DNA from: Minisyncoccota bacterium
Lineage (GTDB): Bacteria; Patescibacteriota; Minisyncoccia; Phycocordibacterales; UBA9973
Length of the DNA stretch: 64,000 bases
Assembly: GCA_041675085.1 (NCBI GenBank)
Contig: JBAYUN010000002.1
Coordinates: 15,967 to 79,966, forward strand
Direction: 5' to 3'
Part shown: one piece after another, positions 40,428 through 50,700 of the stretch
How positions within the stretch are numbered: position 1 is the stretch's first letter
Layout of the letters: each line of letters begins with the position of its first letter
The notes under the pieces: generated by a model
Told to the model about the DNA's origin: nothing
Database searches by the model: none
What the model saw: the letters and a program-made list of their open reading frames with translations, nothing else
Made by a program: the position numbers and the translations under genes

Positions 40428-41502
40428 GATTGTTTTCTTTACTTCTTAATATATTCTTTTCTTTTTCCATATCGTTCATAAGTTCCATGAAAAATACAGC
40501 TACCGGAATAGCCAATATCATACCCCAAATTCCGCTAAGTTCAAAACCTACCAAAACCGCTATGATAACCATCAGAGGAGAAAGCCCGACTACCCTATTG
40601 ATAATAAGAGGAGAAAATAGAAATACTTCAAATTGATGGATAATAATATAGACTCCAGCTACCATTAAAGCATCTTGTATCCCTCCCCCAAGATAAGAAA
40701 AAGACATAGCAGGTATTAAAGCTATCACCGATCCATAAGGCAAAAAAGACATAAAGCCCGCAATCAAAGCCAACAATAAAGCATAATCAATACCAATCAA
40801 AGCGAGCAATAAATAAATCAAAACACTAATAATCAGAGCCAAGAACATCTGACCCTTGAGCCAGAGAGCAATTTTCCTGCGTGAACGACTCCATAGATCA
40901 ATAACATAATCTTCATATTTGAGAGGTAAAATAATTCTTAAAAAATTCTCTATGCCACGCTCTTGTACAGAAAGATAAAAAGAAATAATTATTATTAAAA
41001 TAAAATTGAAAATACCGCCGAAAGCTATAGCTAAAGTTTGGATAAATCCTCCCGATAGATTGCCTACAAAAGTATTGGATATAGCAACCAAAGAAGAGAG
41101 GGATAATTTGCCAGAGAGACTAGCTACCAATTCTTTGGCACCTCCAAATTCTTCACTTTGGAAATAATCCAAATATGGTACGTCAGGAAAATGCACATAA
41201 AGAAATCCTGAGAAATTATATATTTCTGTAATTAATAATGGAGCAAAGAGATAAAACAAAAAAGAAAAAATTAAACCAGAAATCAGATAAAAACTAACTA
41301 CTCCAGAGAGCCTGCCCATACCTATCTTCTTAAAATACGGGACAGCAGATTCAACGAAAGAAGCTATCACGATAGAAGTCAAAACTACCAAGACTAATTC
41401 CTGTAAATACCAGATCAAAAAGAAACCTAATAAAACCAAGAAACCTCTCACAAAAGTATTTGTACTAATTGATATTTCCAATAGATTATCTTTTTTTAAC
41501 AT
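40414..41502 (-). CDS. AI-2E (PerM) family transporter
   Basis: Multi-TM, WLKGQ, VGLSPL, GMILAIP. Confidence 0.9.
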   Translation of the reverse strand: MLKKDNLLEISISTNTFVRGFLVLLGFFLIWYLQELVLVVLTSIVIASFVESAVPYFKKIGMGRLSGVVSFYLISGLIFSFLFYLFAPLLITEIYNFSGFLYVHFPDVPYLDYFQSEEFGGAKELVASLSGKLSLSSLVAISNTFVGNLSGGFIQTLAIAFGGIFNFILIIIISFYLSVQERGIENFLRIILPLKYEDYVIDLWSRSRRKIALWLKGQMFLALIISVLIYLLLALIGIDYALLLALIAGFMSFLPYGSVIALIPAMSFSYLGGGIQDALMVAGVYIIIHQFEVFLFSPLIINRVVGLSPLMVIIAVLVGFELSGIWGMILAIPVAVFFMELMNDMEKEKNILRSKENNHETN

Positions 41503-41541
41503 ACACAAATCATAACACAAAACAAAAAAAGAAAAAATTTC

Positions 41542-42810
41542 TTAGAATTTCAGTATCTTTGTGAATTGTTTTTTATCTTTAAAAGGTCCAACTAAAGCAA
41601 GGTTTAATTTATCATCACTAAAGATTTTACGAGCCATATCTTGGATTTGTTTTGCTGTTATACGCCTGACTTGTTCGGCTTTTTCCTCTGATGTCTTTAT
41701 TTCCTTCTTTAATAATTCTTGAGAACCGTAAAAATTCGCAATATCATCAGATGACTCGAGCGAGAGTTTCATATTCCCTATTAAGCATTCTTTAACTTTT
41801 TCTAACTCCTCATTACTTACTAATTCATTTTTGAGTTTATTGCATTCAGCTAAGACCGCCTCTATAACTTCATTTATTCTTTTATTATCAACTCCAGCTG
41901 AGATTTGGAAAAATCCATGGTCAGTATAAACATCATTATACGCTCGCACATAATATCCTACTCCCATCTCTTCACGCAGTTTTGTAAATAGTCTTGAACT
42001 CATACCCGCACCGAGAACTCCAGAAAGGACAGACAGGATAGCATTATTCTTATTAAACAAATCATAAGTACGCACACCTAGGACAAAATGCGTCTGATCA
42101 GTTTCTTTGAATTTTACTAAAATCTCAGGTTTAGTCTGAGTCTCTACTACTTTTAATTTTGTAGACTTTTTGGCTTTTTTAATTTGACCAAAAATTTTCT
42201 CAACTTCTTTTATTACCTCAGCTTCTTTCACCTGACCGGTAACCACTAAAGTCGTCGCATTCGGCACGTAGTGAGCTTTGTGATAATTCACAAAATCTTC
42301 TCTCACCATTCCTAAAATATTCTTTTTCTCTCCTGCAATATTCCATCCCGAAGGTTGATCCCCATAGAGCAACTTCATCATCAAATCTTGAACATGACGA
42401 GAAGGCATATCTTCATACATATTTATCTCTTCGATTATCACTCCTTTTTCTTTTTCGATTTCAGTTTCTGGAAAAGTAGAATTCAGATAAATATCGGTAA
42501 CGATATCTACAATCTTTTTAAAATGCTTGGCATCACCTTTTGCATAATAACCTGTATATTCTTGAGAAGTGAAAGCATTGTACTGACTGCCCATACTATC
42601 TAACTCTTTAGAAATATCTACGCCTTTTGGACGACGGATAGTCCCCTTGAAACACATATGTTCCAAGAAGTGCGAAATACCATTAACTTTTTTATCTTCG
42701 TATTTTGAACCTGTTTCTACAAGGACCAAAACCGTAACAGTCGGATTATCCTTCATAGGCACAGTGATTAAACGCAAGCCATTACCCAAAACTTTCTTTG
42801 TGAATTTCAT
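41542..42810 (-). CDS. M16 family (pitrilysin-like) zinc peptidase
   Basis: GISHFLEHMCFKGT (HxxEH), NAFTS, MSSRLF. Confidence 0.95.
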   Translation of the reverse strand: MKFTKKVLGNGLRLITVPMKDNPTVTVLVLVETGSKYEDKKVNGISHFLEHMCFKGTIRRPKGVDISKELDSMGSQYNAFTSQEYTGYYAKGDAKHFKKIVDIVTDIYLNSTFPETEIEKEKGVIIEEINMYEDMPSRHVQDLMMKLLYGDQPSGWNIAGEKKNILGMVREDFVNYHKAHYVPNATTLVVTGQVKEAEVIKEVEKIFGQIKKAKKSTKLKVVETQTKPEILVKFKETDQTHFVLGVRTYDLFNKNNAILSVLSGVLGAGMSSRLFTKLREEMGVGYYVRAYNDVYTDHGFFQISAGVDNKRINEVIEAVLAECNKLKNELVSNEELEKVKECLIGNMKLSLESSDDIANFYGSQELLKKEIKTSEEKAEQVRRITAKQIQDMARKIFSDDKLNLALVGPFKDKKQFTKILKF

Positions 42811-42899
42811 AAGGGTTATTTTAACATAAAAAATAAAAATAAAAACAGGGCTTTAATATAAAAACCCTGTTCTTGTTTTTTAAATGTTTATCATAAATC

Positions 42900-43208
42900 C
42901 TAAACTAACACTTCATACAGTGTATCGTCTCCTTTATTAAAAGGCCAACAACCTCCCGAGGAGTCCACTGCCCCGAAATTTACCCCTGAAACACCAGCCC
43001 AAAATGACATAGTGAAATTTGTACCAACTTTTCTTATACGTATATCGTTAAGCGGACTGATTGCAATCATACCGATCGCTTCTTCATCCATATTGATTGA
43101 ACGACACCATTTACGCAATAAAAAATCTCTAATTTCGAAAGCTGTACCAGTAAACGGTTCTGCTAGCATGAATTTATCAGCATTATTATTCTGTTGTTTA
43201 TTTAACAT
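42900..43208 (-). CDS. Hypothetical orphan protein
   Basis: 102-aa ORF followed by hairpin AACAGGG...CCCTGTT (42843-42871). Confidence 0.55.
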   Translation of the reverse strand: MLNKQQNNNADKFMLAEPFTGTAFEIRDFLLRKWCRSINMDEEAIGMIAISPLNDIRIRKVGTNFTMSFWAGVSGVNFGAVDSSGGCWPFNKGDDTLYEVLV

Positions 43209-43303
43209 TCTATATATTTTTTAATTTAAAATAACAAAATCGCTATCCAAAAATTACTTTACTATAAAGTTAGTAGATTGTAAATAGGCACGCAGATATT
43301 TAT

Positions 43304-44620
43304 TTAATTTAATTTATCTTTTATATAAGAAACAAGTTCACCTACTTTCACTCTCTCCTGATTACCTGTATCACGGTCGCGGACTGTTACAGTGTCTTTT
43401 AGGTCAGGATTTTCTTCCCCTAATGTATCAAAATCTACCACAATACAAAACGGAGTACCTATCTCGTCTTGGCGACGATATCTTTTACCAATATTCCCAT
43501 TATCGTCAAACATGACGCGGCCAAATTCGTTCTTCAAAGTTCCAAAAACATTTTTAGAATATTCTACAAGCTCAGGTTTATTCTTGAGCAACGGAGAAAC
43601 CGCACAAATTACCGGAGCCATATTTGGTTTAAATTTTAAATAAGGACGTTCTACGTCATCTTCATTATAAGCAGAAACAAGTAAAGCCAATATTGCACGA
43701 TCGAGTCCAAAAGAAGGCTCAATAACATGAGGTACTATTTTGGTAGCATTTTCTTCATCTATGTATTCTATTTTATGTACTCCTAAGTCGTAGTCAGTCC
43801 TGTATGCAAGGCCAAAAAGTTCTTTGCGTCCGAAAGGATAATCAAATTCAAAGTCCACAGTTTTTTTAGAATAAAAAGCGCGGTCTTCGTCGGATACAGA
43901 AAGCTCTGAGACTTTACTCATATCGATACCTATCTCTTCCATCCATTCGTTCATCTCGTCTTTGAAATAATCAAAATATTGTTCCCAACTATCTTCACGA
44001 ACAAAATATTCTATTTCCATTTGCTCGAATTCTCTTTGACGAAAGATAAAGTCGCGAGGTGTAATTTCATTTCTGAAAGCTTTACCGATTTGCGCCATAC
44101 CAAAAGGAAGCTTGGGATGAAAAGAATCCACGATATTTTTAAAATTTACAAACATACCTTGAGCTGTTTCTGGACGTAAGTATGAAATAGCAGAACTGTC
44201 TTCACTTGCTCCAACTTGGGTTTGGAACATCATGTTGAATTGCTTCGGAGAAGTTAATTTACCTTTTTTACAAGACCCACAGTTCTCTAAATCTTCTATT
44301 TGATCAGCGCGGAATTTCTTCTTACAGTCAGAACATTCCACCATAGGGTCAGCAAAGTTAGCTACGTGACCAGTCGCTGCCCAGACTTCTTGACGCATTA
44401 AAATAGCTGCATCAACGCCATACATGTCAGTCCTAGATTCTACGAATTTCTTCCACCAAGAGTCTTTAATATTTTTCTTTAAAGCTACTCCAAAATGACC
44501 AAAGTCAAATGTCCCCGCTAGACCTCCGTATATCTCACTTCCTGGATAGATAAAACCTCTTCTCTTAGCGAGACTTACTATCTTTTCCATCAATGCATTT
44601 TCACGATTTTCTTTATTCAT
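43304..44620 (-). CDS. glyQS: Glycine--tRNA ligase (alpha2 type)
   Basis: EIYGG, YLRPETAQG, GKAFRNEITPR, REFEQMEIE, IEPSFG, IGKRYRRQDEIGTP. Confidence 0.97.
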   Translation of the reverse strand: MNKENRENALMEKIVSLAKRRGFIYPGSEIYGGLAGTFDFGHFGVALKKNIKDSWWKKFVESRTDMYGVDAAILMRQEVWAATGHVANFADPMVECSDCKKKFRADQIEDLENCGSCKKGKLTSPKQFNMMFQTQVGASEDSSAISYLRPETAQGMFVNFKNIVDSFHPKLPFGMAQIGKAFRNEITPRDFIFRQREFEQMEIEYFVREDSWEQYFDYFKDEMNEWMEEIGIDMSKVSELSVSDEDRAFYSKKTVDFEFDYPFGRKELFGLAYRTDYDLGVHKIEYIDEENATKIVPHVIEPSFGLDRAILALLVSAYNEDDVERPYLKFKPNMAPVICAVSPLLKNKPELVEYSKNVFGTLKNEFGRVMFDDNGNIGKRYRRQDEIGTPFCIVVDFDTLGEENPDLKDTVTVRDRDTGNQERVKVGELVSYIKDKLN

Positions 44621-44630
44621 ATTTTTATTA

Positions 44631-46502
44631 TTATTCTACTATTTTTTCAGGGATACGTAGGGATGATTTCACTACTCCTACATCCACCTTAGCAAAATCA
44701 TCATAACCCGTCAAAGTTGCCTTCTCGGCTATTACTGGAGAGTCTCCAACTTCAGACAAAGAAGGATTTATAGATACTTGGAAAGAAACTTCTTTCAAAG
44801 AACTCAATAGTCCCGTGCCTCGAGGTAGATTGCCTATATTCCAAGTAATAACTCGAGTTGCAGGGTCATAGGTCAGATTTTCATTATTAGGCAAAACTAC
44901 ATTTTTGTAATTCACCCGTGCTGGCAAAATAGATACAACTTTTGCACCAGAAACGTTGTTGGAAGTATTAGCCACACTCCAAGTAACTTTGTAAGTAGTC
45001 TCTTGTTCAGATTTTGGAGGCAAAGGCCCTGAGACATGAGCGACTTTAGTCAACATAGAAACATCAGAAAATATTTTTATATTTTTTTCTTCGACAGATT
45101 CTAGATTTTTAGTAATATTTCCACCGAGAGCTTGTTTGCCAGATATTGATATCTCAATACTCATCGAAGGATCGAGAAGCAAACTATTATTTTCAGTGAA
45201 AACATTTGGTGACAAAAGTCTAAATCTTACAGATCCGCCTGAGAGAGGTCTCACCACATCAAAACCTTCTTCGGTATTTTTATCCCAAACAATAGTATTC
45301 TTGCTTGAATCTAAGAACCCGTATTCTGTATCTACTTTCTTCACATCAAAAGCATTACCTCCAAATTTTGCTTTGATCTCAAGATCGTTGATAGGTGTGT
45401 TTAGATTATTAAACCAATTAATAGTACCAGTAATACCATTTCTACTACTAACGCTATACTCTCTCTTATAATCATTGTTCACATAAAGCTTGGCTTCTAC
45501 GAAAGGCTTCTTGATCAAAATATTATGTGCTAGTGAATTAAATACTACTCCTATCTGAGTCTTGTCTCCTTTTTGTTCGGGACCTACGAAAGCATGAAAG
45601 ATTTTAGCTTCTCCATCATAGACGTTGACCATGACGCCATTGATAACTATTTCTCTCTCTTCTCCTACTTTTAGATTGGATAAATCCCAAACATTATTAC
45701 CTATCGACGGAGCGGGTACAGCGGAAGTGAATTCAAAACCGAAAGGATAATCTAATTTTAAAAGCATACCATTTGCTACTTTGTTATCATTTAACACAGC
45801 TTTGACTTTAAAGCTCAAATCTTGATTTGTGGTTATTTCAGTTGGCGCATCGATAGCTAGATTTATCGGAGTAGAATTTATAGTAACTTTATAAAATTTA
45901 TCTTTTAGGAAAATAGCGTTAGAGCCTTCGAGTCTATACTCGAGCGAGATTTTGATTTCATGAATAGAGCCTTGTTCTCCATAGAGCACAACTTTCATAT
46001 CTTCATTTTTAATACTACCAGCCGGTATAACACCCAAAGATTTACGCAATCTCTCGATCTCACCATTACTATTTAAAGTAGAACCTTTTGGATATTCTAC
46101 AACCAAGTCCGCCAATTCTAATCCTGAAGTATTTTTATTTACAATCTCTATCACCAAAGGCAACTCTTCCCCTCCACCAGTAAAAGTATTACCCAAAACT
46201 GAAATCTCAATATTCTCATTAGAAACTTCGTTGCCTCCTACAAAAAAATTAAATAGTAGATAAATACTAGCAGCAACAAAAAGTAAAATAGAAAAAATAA
46301 AAAAGTTACGGAAAAAATGATTCTTCTTAATAGCTGGCTCTTTTATTCCAGTATCTTCATGCTTCCAAGCTTCAGGCACTTTTTCTTTTTTGAGGAATAC
46401 AAAACCTTCTCGATCCTCAATACGAGTCTCGTAGCTACGGCTAAAGATTTTTCTTTTCATATCTTCAACCTTATTTAGTCCATTTTGATTTTCATCTGAC
46501 AT
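44631..46502 (-). CDS. Membrane-anchored beta-rich (Ig-like repeat) surface protein
   Basis: Single TM near residue 70 followed by a long beta-strand-rich region with WDL/WNI motifs. Confidence 0.7.
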   Translation of the reverse strand: MSDENQNGLNKVEDMKRKIFSRSYETRIEDREGFVFLKKEKVPEAWKHEDTGIKEPAIKKNHFFRNFFIFSILLFVAASIYLLFNFFVGGNEVSNENIEISVLGNTFTGGGEELPLVIEIVNKNTSGLELADLVVEYPKGSTLNSNGEIERLRKSLGVIPAGSIKNEDMKVVLYGEQGSIHEIKISLEYRLEGSNAIFLKDKFYKVTINSTPINLAIDAPTEITTNQDLSFKVKAVLNDNKVANGMLLKLDYPFGFEFTSAVPAPSIGNNVWDLSNLKVGEEREIVINGVMVNVYDGEAKIFHAFVGPEQKGDKTQIGVVFNSLAHNILIKKPFVEAKLYVNNDYKREYSVSSRNGITGTINWFNNLNTPINDLEIKAKFGGNAFDVKKVDTEYGFLDSSKNTIVWDKNTEEGFDVVRPLSGGSVRFRLLSPNVFTENNSLLLDPSMSIEISISGKQALGGNITKNLESVEEKNIKIFSDVSMLTKVAHVSGPLPPKSEQETTYKVTWSVANTSNNVSGAKVVSILPARVNYKNVVLPNNENLTYDPATRVITWNIGNLPRGTGLLSSLKEVSFQVSINPSLSEVGDSPVIAEKATLTGYDDFAKVDVGVVKSSLRIPEKIVE

Positions 46503-46521
46503 GGAATAATTATATCATATT

Positions 46522-47106
46522 TTAAAGTTGTGTTTCACGTAAAGCCTTGTTGATCTCTAGCAATACTTCCTTTTTATTTTTTGCTATTCCGGAGAGGATA
46601 TTACTATCTTCAAAAGGAGATTTTATCAGAGCTGAGAAAGATTCTTCACCGTCAATGTAGCCGAGATTATACAAAGCTCTCAACACCATTATGATTTCTA
46701 TGTTTTGTAGTTCTTGTCTATCAGAGTTATTGTTCAACACAAAAAGTCCGTTCAAGAAATCTTGAAAGAGATTGGTGTTCTTTTCTTGTTCAGGCAACAA
46801 TCTGATTAAAAGCTTGGATAAATTTGCCAAAATTTTTAACTTAAAAAATTCTTGATTGATAGCTTCGAGTTCATTGGTCTTAGAAGCTGTAGTAATACGC
46901 CAAATATTTTTTCTTTGGATTAGATCGAGTTTAATATAAGAATAATCTTGCAATACATAACGTAACTTTGAAGTTATCTTGCGCACTCCTTCTGCCTCCG
47001 CATACACAAGCCCTAAATCACGAGTAAAAATATGATAATACTTCCCCGCTTCCTTAAAGTTCCTACTGCCTAATATTATTCCCTCTGTATGATATATATG
47101 GTGCAT
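46522..47106 (-). CDS. recO: DNA repair protein RecO (short form)
   Basis: TEGIIL, FTRDLGLV..AEGVRKITSKLR. Confidence 0.85.
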   Translation of the reverse strand: MHHIYHTEGIILGSRNFKEAGKYYHIFTRDLGLVYAEAEGVRKITSKLRYVLQDYSYIKLDLIQRKNIWRITTASKTNELEAINQEFFKLKILANLSKLLIRLLPEQEKNTNLFQDFLNGLFVLNNNSDRQELQNIEIIMVLRALYNLGYIDGEESFSALIKSPFEDSNILSGIAKNKKEVLLEINKALRETQL

Positions 47107-47114
47107 TAATAAAT

Positions 47115-47774
47115 CTATTTTATCATATATCCTTTCAACTCTTCTAGAATAGGAGCTATAGTTGTATCGTTTACGTCTTCTGGTTTGATTTTACAATTTG
47201 CAAAAATTTGTCTTTCTATTTCTTTACCACAAGCAAGTAATGTTTCAAAACTTTCCTTAGTATCCAAAAATTTAGTATTTTCATAACGCCTTTTTACGTC
47301 ACTCATTCGTTCATGGTAAGATAAAATTCCATAAGGACCTACTCTTACATCAGCATAATTAACAATCTTTTTTTCAAATTCGTCAGATTCTAAAGCTTGA
47401 TTACAAAATTCACCATGATCTCCAAATTCTTCTAAAAGTTTGATAATTTCTTCTGAAACTCCTATTTCTTTAGCAATGATTGAGGTAGCTTTATGTTCAT
47501 CGTATCCATACTTGGCAAAATATTCATTTTGAATATTTTGCCAATATTCCAAACCAAGAGGTTTAACAAATCCAGGAAAAACTCCTAATTTAAATTTTAT
47601 AATATTACCCATATCATGAAACAAGGCTGCTGTAATAATTTTATTTTTATCTAAGATAATCGCATCATCTAAATTTTCTAAAATTATCTTAGTTACACTA
47701 GCTACTCGCAATTGATGCATCGCAAGATTCGGCATTATTTTATATTGCTCGTAAATCTCTAAAATATTCCGCAT
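47115..47774 (-). CDS. HD-domain protein
   Basis: H(QLRV)...LFHDMGN...YADVRV. Confidence 0.8.
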   Translation of the reverse strand: MRNILEIYEQYKIMPNLAMHQLRVASVTKIILENLDDAIILDKNKIITAALFHDMGNIIKFKLGVFPGFVKPLGLEYWQNIQNEYFAKYGYDEHKATSIIAKEIGVSEEIIKLLEEFGDHGEFCNQALESDEFEKKIVNYADVRVGPYGILSYHERMSDVKRRYENTKFLDTKESFETLLACGKEIERQIFANCKIKPEDVNDTTIAPILEELKGYMIK

Positions 47775-50700
47775 TTATTTTTGTATTTTAATTTTAAATA
47801 CTAATTCCCCTACTTTTACTTCTATTCCGTCATTTGACTCAAAAGAAATCTCGCGAATACCTGCCACTTTTTTGAAATCATCTTCAAATTTCTTAACTAT
47901 ATTTTCTCCTGTACTATCTGTCTCAATAAATAAAGTTATCATATCACTAGGTATCAATCCTTCTTTTTTGCGAGAATCTTGTATAGAACGTAAAAATTCA
48001 CGATACAATCCTTCTTCCTTTAATTCTGAAGTTATATTTATATCCAAATTAATTTCTTCTCCGAATAAAATTGCTTTGACATTCAATTCATCTTTTATAA
48101 TCTCTAAAAATTCAGCATTCAAATCTTTATTGGTAACAGTAAAAGAAGCAAGTGGTTGACGTACTGGTAGATTATTTTTCTGACGCATTTGTAAGCCAGT
48201 AGAAACTAAATCTCTAACTATTTGCATCTTCTCTATAACCTCAACACTAGAACCTAAAACCTGACCTGTAGGCCACTCTGCCAAATGCACACTTTCTGCG
48301 TCTGCATTATTTCTAAGTTTTAACCAAATATCTTCAGAAGCAAAAGGAGTGAATGGAGCCATGATTTTTACCAAATTCTTCAACACAAAATACAAAGTTT
48401 GTTTTGCTTCCATATCTCCATCTTTAATCCTGTCTCTATTTCGACGTAAATACCAAGTAGAAAGATCTCCGATAAAATCTCGCAACGCACGAGCTGGTTC
48501 TAAAACTTTATAATTATCTAACTCTAAAGTTGAGAGTTCTACCAATTCACCAAGCTTCGCTAAAATCCATTGATCCAAAATATTTGCACTTTGAGTAAAT
48601 TCATTCTTCTCTAAGTCACGGTCTCTATAAAGTTCATAAAAAGCGAGCACGTTATAAAGAAGTCCGAAAACCTGACTGTGTAGTATAGCTACAGTCTTCT
48701 CATCAAAGTTCTTGCTCTCGCCTGGTTGATTCACTGAGTACATCCAGAGACGCAAAGTATCGACTCCGTATTTCTCTATCATAGAAAAGGGTTCAACGAT
48801 ATTACCTTGAGATTTACTCATCTTTTTACCTTTAGCATCAAGTAAATGCCCGAGACAGATAACGTTTTTATAAGCCTTACCGCGACCCATCAAAGTCCCT
48901 ACTGCGTGAAGCGTATAGAACCATCCTCTTGTCTGATCGATAGCTTCTGAAATATAATCCGCCGGATAACCTACTCCTTCGATACGTTCTTTGTTCTCAA
49001 AAGGATAATGATCCTGAGCGAAAGGCATAGCTCCACTATCAAACCACACGTCCATAACGTCTTTGATTCTCTTATATTCTTTACCGTCACGTTCCAAGAC
49101 CACCTCGTCAACATAAGGACGATGCAAATCTAGAGCAAACTTTTCATCATGAGGAAAAGGCACAAAGTCCAAAGTACTGAATTCTGAATTCGCTAGATAA
49201 TGAAAATCTTTTTTAGAATTAATTAATTCTAAAGTCTCAGCTAGTGATAAATTCTCCGATCCAGAATACATAAGCCAAGCTGGGCCACCGTGAGTCACAA
49301 ATAAAATATTCTTATCTTGATACTTGTTTTCTATATCAAAAAGAAAATCCATAACTCGAGTTTGCACATCTTTGTATGATTCATCACCCTGATTTTTCTT
49401 ATCAAAGTTCTCTAAAGTCTTTGGATAATCTTTATGATAATCGTCCCAGTTTTTACCTTCATAAGAAAGCACTTGCATCTCACCTATTCGTACATCGGTC
49501 AAAATATCTTCTTCTTTAAGATTCAATACTGTCGCAATAATCTTTGAAGTCTCAAGAGTACGATAATAAGGTGAACTTATAATCAAATCAATATTTTTAT
49601 CTTTTAAGGATTCAGCCGAAACACGAGTAGCTTCTTTGCCTAAATCTGTGAGAATACTTCCCTTTTCTATTTTTGTACTGACTATGTTTTTAGTATTATT
49701 TTCTGTCTGACCATGACGCATTACAAAATATTTATTATTACTTTTTTTAGTATATTTTTTTAGAGTCGCGATACTATCTACAACAAGAGTCTCTTTGTCT
49801 TCTGAGACCCAAATAGGAAGCGGAGTTCCCCAATATCTTTCGCGAGAAATAGCCCAGTCTTTTATACCCGCGAGCCATTCTCCAAAACGCCCTTCCCTAG
49901 TATGCAAAGGTTCCCAGTTGATAGTCTTGTTCTCTTCTATCATTCTCTCTTTGATATTTTTGTCAGTCATGCGAATATACCAAGAATCCCGCGCATAATA
50001 AATCAGTGCGGTTTTGCAACGCCAACAATGAGGATAAGAGTGCTCGTAAAGTTCTTTGTGAAAAAATAGATTCTTCTCTTGCAAATATTTAATAATATCT
50101 ACGTCGAGAGTCGGCTTGCCACTCTCGTCTTTTTCTTTTACAAAACGACCACTCAAGAAATCCATACCTTGAATAAATTTACCTTCGAGGTTCACCACAT
50201 GATGCTTTGGTAGTCCTATCTCTGTACCTAGATCAAAGTCATCTGCTCCATACATCACCGCAGTATGTACAACTCCAGTACCGTCTTCTGTGGTCACGAA
50301 ATCTGCTCCGTAAACTTTGAAAGCTTTTTCTAGTTTTGGTTTTTCACTATCTGAGATAGTACTTTCTAGATAAGGGAAAAGTGGTTCGTATTCTAGACCA
50401 ACAAGTTCAGAGCCTTTGAATTTTTCTATAATCTCAAAACCTTCTCCTAAAAGAGATATTCTAGCTTCTGCCAAAATAAAAAAATCTTCACCTTTCTTAA
50501 CTTTCACATAATCTATATCTTTCCCTACAGCTAGAGCCACGTTACCAGGTAAAGTCCAAGGAGTTGTAGTCCAAGCGAGGATAAAAGTATTAACAAAAAT
50601 ATTTTCCTGTTCGGGTCTCTCGCAGGCTGACGAGCCGAGAGTGAGCGCTGAGCCAGCAGGCTCAGACAGCGACCCGACAGGAATATTATTTTTGTTTTTT

